Shown here one piece after another: positions 62,388 through 64,000 of a DNA stretch of 64,000 bases (positions are counted from its first letter, which is position 1; every line of letters begins with the position of its first letter). The translations under genes and the position numbers were made by a program. This DNA is from Moniliella sp. 'wahieum' (taxonomy: Eukaryota): assembly GCA_003971905.1 (NCBI GenBank), contig RSEE01000073.1, forward strand, positions 186,001 to 250,000, written 5' to 3'. Under the pieces are notes generated by a model. It saw nothing but the letters and a program-made list of their open reading frames with translations. It ran no database searches and was not told the DNA's origin.

Positions 62388-63401
62388 ATGTCCGACTCGG
62401 AGGAGGACTACATGTCCGCCGCCATCCTTGAGCAAGCAGAACAACTTTCCCAGGCCACTTCGCGCAAACGCCCTCGCCGTCCGCCACCCCCTGCGCCCCC
62501 AAGTAAGCGTACTCCCGCCCAACAAGCGGCCCAGGAACGCACCCTCCGCGTCCGCGGGCTCCAAACCAGTTTGCTCCCTCCATCCCAGGCACGTCCTTCT
62601 CCGAGTAGGGACGACAGCTCCACCAAAGCGAAAGATGGGGGTTGTTTGAAAAATGACGCCGAGGAGGAGAGCGGGGGCGACCGAAGATCCGCGTCTCCTC
62701 CCCAGCGCGCCTCGGAAACAAAAGGCCCGCAAGGCGCGGCTTGGCGCCAGCTTTTGGCGATGGGGTTCAAGCCGGGCGGGCACCTGGGTGCGCGGCCATC
62801 GGAAGGCGGGTCGGATCCGCTTCCCCTTGATGAACGGAGACTCAAGGGGGGGCAACATGCCAAAGCGGGGATTGGGGCGGTGCCGCCAGAGGAACCTGTC
62901 GCTCCGCTCTTGGAGGAGGTGGAGGCAGAGCAGGCTGAGGAGCAGGCTGCGCTGCAGCGCAAGCAGGAGGACGATTTTCGTGCCCGTCAATCGGCCATGC
63001 TGGAGGAGCGGCATCTAGCTGCACTTTTGCGGCGAGCGCGTAGTGCGGTGCTTATGCTCGACGAGCAGGCAGGCTTGGGCTGGAAGCCATTATGGGAAGA
63101 TGCGCCGCAATGGACGGAGAAGAAGCTGCAGGAGGCGATGCGGCTGCCATCGCTTGTGCCGCTGGGGCAGGAGACGCGGGATGAAGGCAGGGCGGAGGCA
63201 CGGGCGGTAGAGGAGGCGGAGGAGCGGGAGGAAGCGATGGCTGGATTTGCTGCGCTGGGGTTGGAGGAGCAACTGGCTCGCACGCTCGCCTATCTGCGCT
63301 CCACCCATCGGTTCTGTCTCTTCTGTCGCGAGCAGTTTGCGTCGGCCGAGCTGCTGGCCAGCACGTGCCCGGGGCCGGGGGAGGAGGAGCACGATGACTA
63401 G
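62388..63401 (+). CDS. GPATCH11: G-patch + DUF4187 protein (GPATCH11/CCDC75-like)
   Basis: N-term SEEDYMS, G-patch AWRQLLAMGFKPGGHLG..AGIG, and C-term LAYLRSTHRFCLFCREQF..CPGPGEEEHD. Confidence 0.85.
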   Translation: MSDSEEDYMSAAILEQAEQLSQATSRKRPRRPPPPAPPSKRTPAQQAAQERTLRVRGLQTSLLPPSQARPSPSRDDSSTKAKDGGCLKNDAEEESGGDRRSASPPQRASETKGPQGAAWRQLLAMGFKPGGHLGARPSEGGSDPLPLDERRLKGGQHAKAGIGAVPPEEPVAPLLEEVEAEQAEEQAALQRKQEDDFRARQSAMLEERHLAALLRRARSAVLMLDEQAGLGWKPLWEDAPQWTEKKLQEAMRLPSLVPLGQETRDEGRAEARAVEEAEEREEAMAGFAALGLEEQLARTLAYLRSTHRFCLFCREQFASAELLASTCPGPGEEEHDD

Positions 63402-64000
63402 AGGACTAGAGACTAGGGGACTGGATGACTCGGCGACGCCAGATACGGGATGATGGCAGAGGCAGACCAGGGGGTGGGGTGGACGTGTGGGGGTGGCTTG
63501 GATGCGACGACAGGGGAGAGAGCACATGGTTGCCCGCGTGTGTAAGTCGCTGCGCTGAGTCTGATACGGGCATGTGTATACTGGTGCACTTGGTGATGAC
63601 TAGCTGTGACTACGCACAGCCCATCCTCCATGCGGCCAGTCAGACTAGTCAGATCGAGTCAGATCTCAGACGCGGCAGAAAGGGGTTGCTAGGGTTGGTA
63701 ACCCTAAGGGTGCCCACCGGCAGCGTGACAGGCAGCGGCTGTAAATGATTTATGATCCCAAGCGCCCCCAACGGCGGCCGACGCGGCGCGTGGGCTCGAC
63801 GCACACTGGCGCTGTGCGGGGGCGGGCGCGCAGGCAAGGCGGGCAAGCGGCGCGGCTAGGGTTGCTGCCGGGGGCCGTGGCCGGTGGGACGCAGGAGACG
63901 GTGGTGCAGCACGGCAGGACGCCGCGGCCACAAGCAGCCGCCGCCGAGTGGCAAGAGCAGCCCCCAGCAGCACGCACCCCCACCACTCCGCCCGCCCTCC

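Noticed and set aside
63680..63712. Telomere-like words (TAGGGTT, AACCCTAAGGG), also at 14881-14900 and 55051
   Set aside because: Only isolated or degenerate units, no tandem array, and not at the retrotransposon junctions.
63704..64000. GC-rich ORFs at the window end
   Set aside because: Low-complexity Ala/Pro/Arg translations with no family motif; they cannot be supported without flanking sequence.

Overview
Gene-dense, GC-rich eukaryotic DNA with short GT-AG introns. It is best read as a basidiomycete fungus, probably smut/Ustilaginomycotina-like (inferred from an MP88-type mannoprotein, a Don3-like kinase and the intron style). It carries about 25 mostly housekeeping genes: GPAT, complex I 24 kDa subunit, OAC1, ARP1, UTP12, SDS22, DBP3, ARG3, JMJD4, a bromodomain protein, an RNPS1-like protein, a bHLH factor, RasGAP, an APSES factor, RPB4, ZPR1, FUN30, La, a GC kinase and a G-patch protein. 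There is also an intron-containing tRNA-Gly(CCC). Many essential genes are broken by single-base indels, so the assembly probably has uncorrected long-read errors and the frameshifts should not be read as pseudogenisation. The most notable items are: (1) an apparent single gene fusing an AIG2/gamma-glutamylcyclotransferase domain to an Egt2-like PLP C-S lyase; (2) a CRE-clade (RT plus restriction-like endonuclease) non-LTR retrotransposon at an internal site, plus a diverged 3' remnant of a relative about 30 kb away; (3) two diverged CHS7 paralogs in inverted orientation; (4) a stand-alone GTPBP1/2 N-terminal-domain protein with no GTPase domain; (5) two recurring upstream motifs, GCTCAGCCTGAGCGC and AACGTTCAA. 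All protein calls come from motif recognition by eye, and exon boundaries are approximate.
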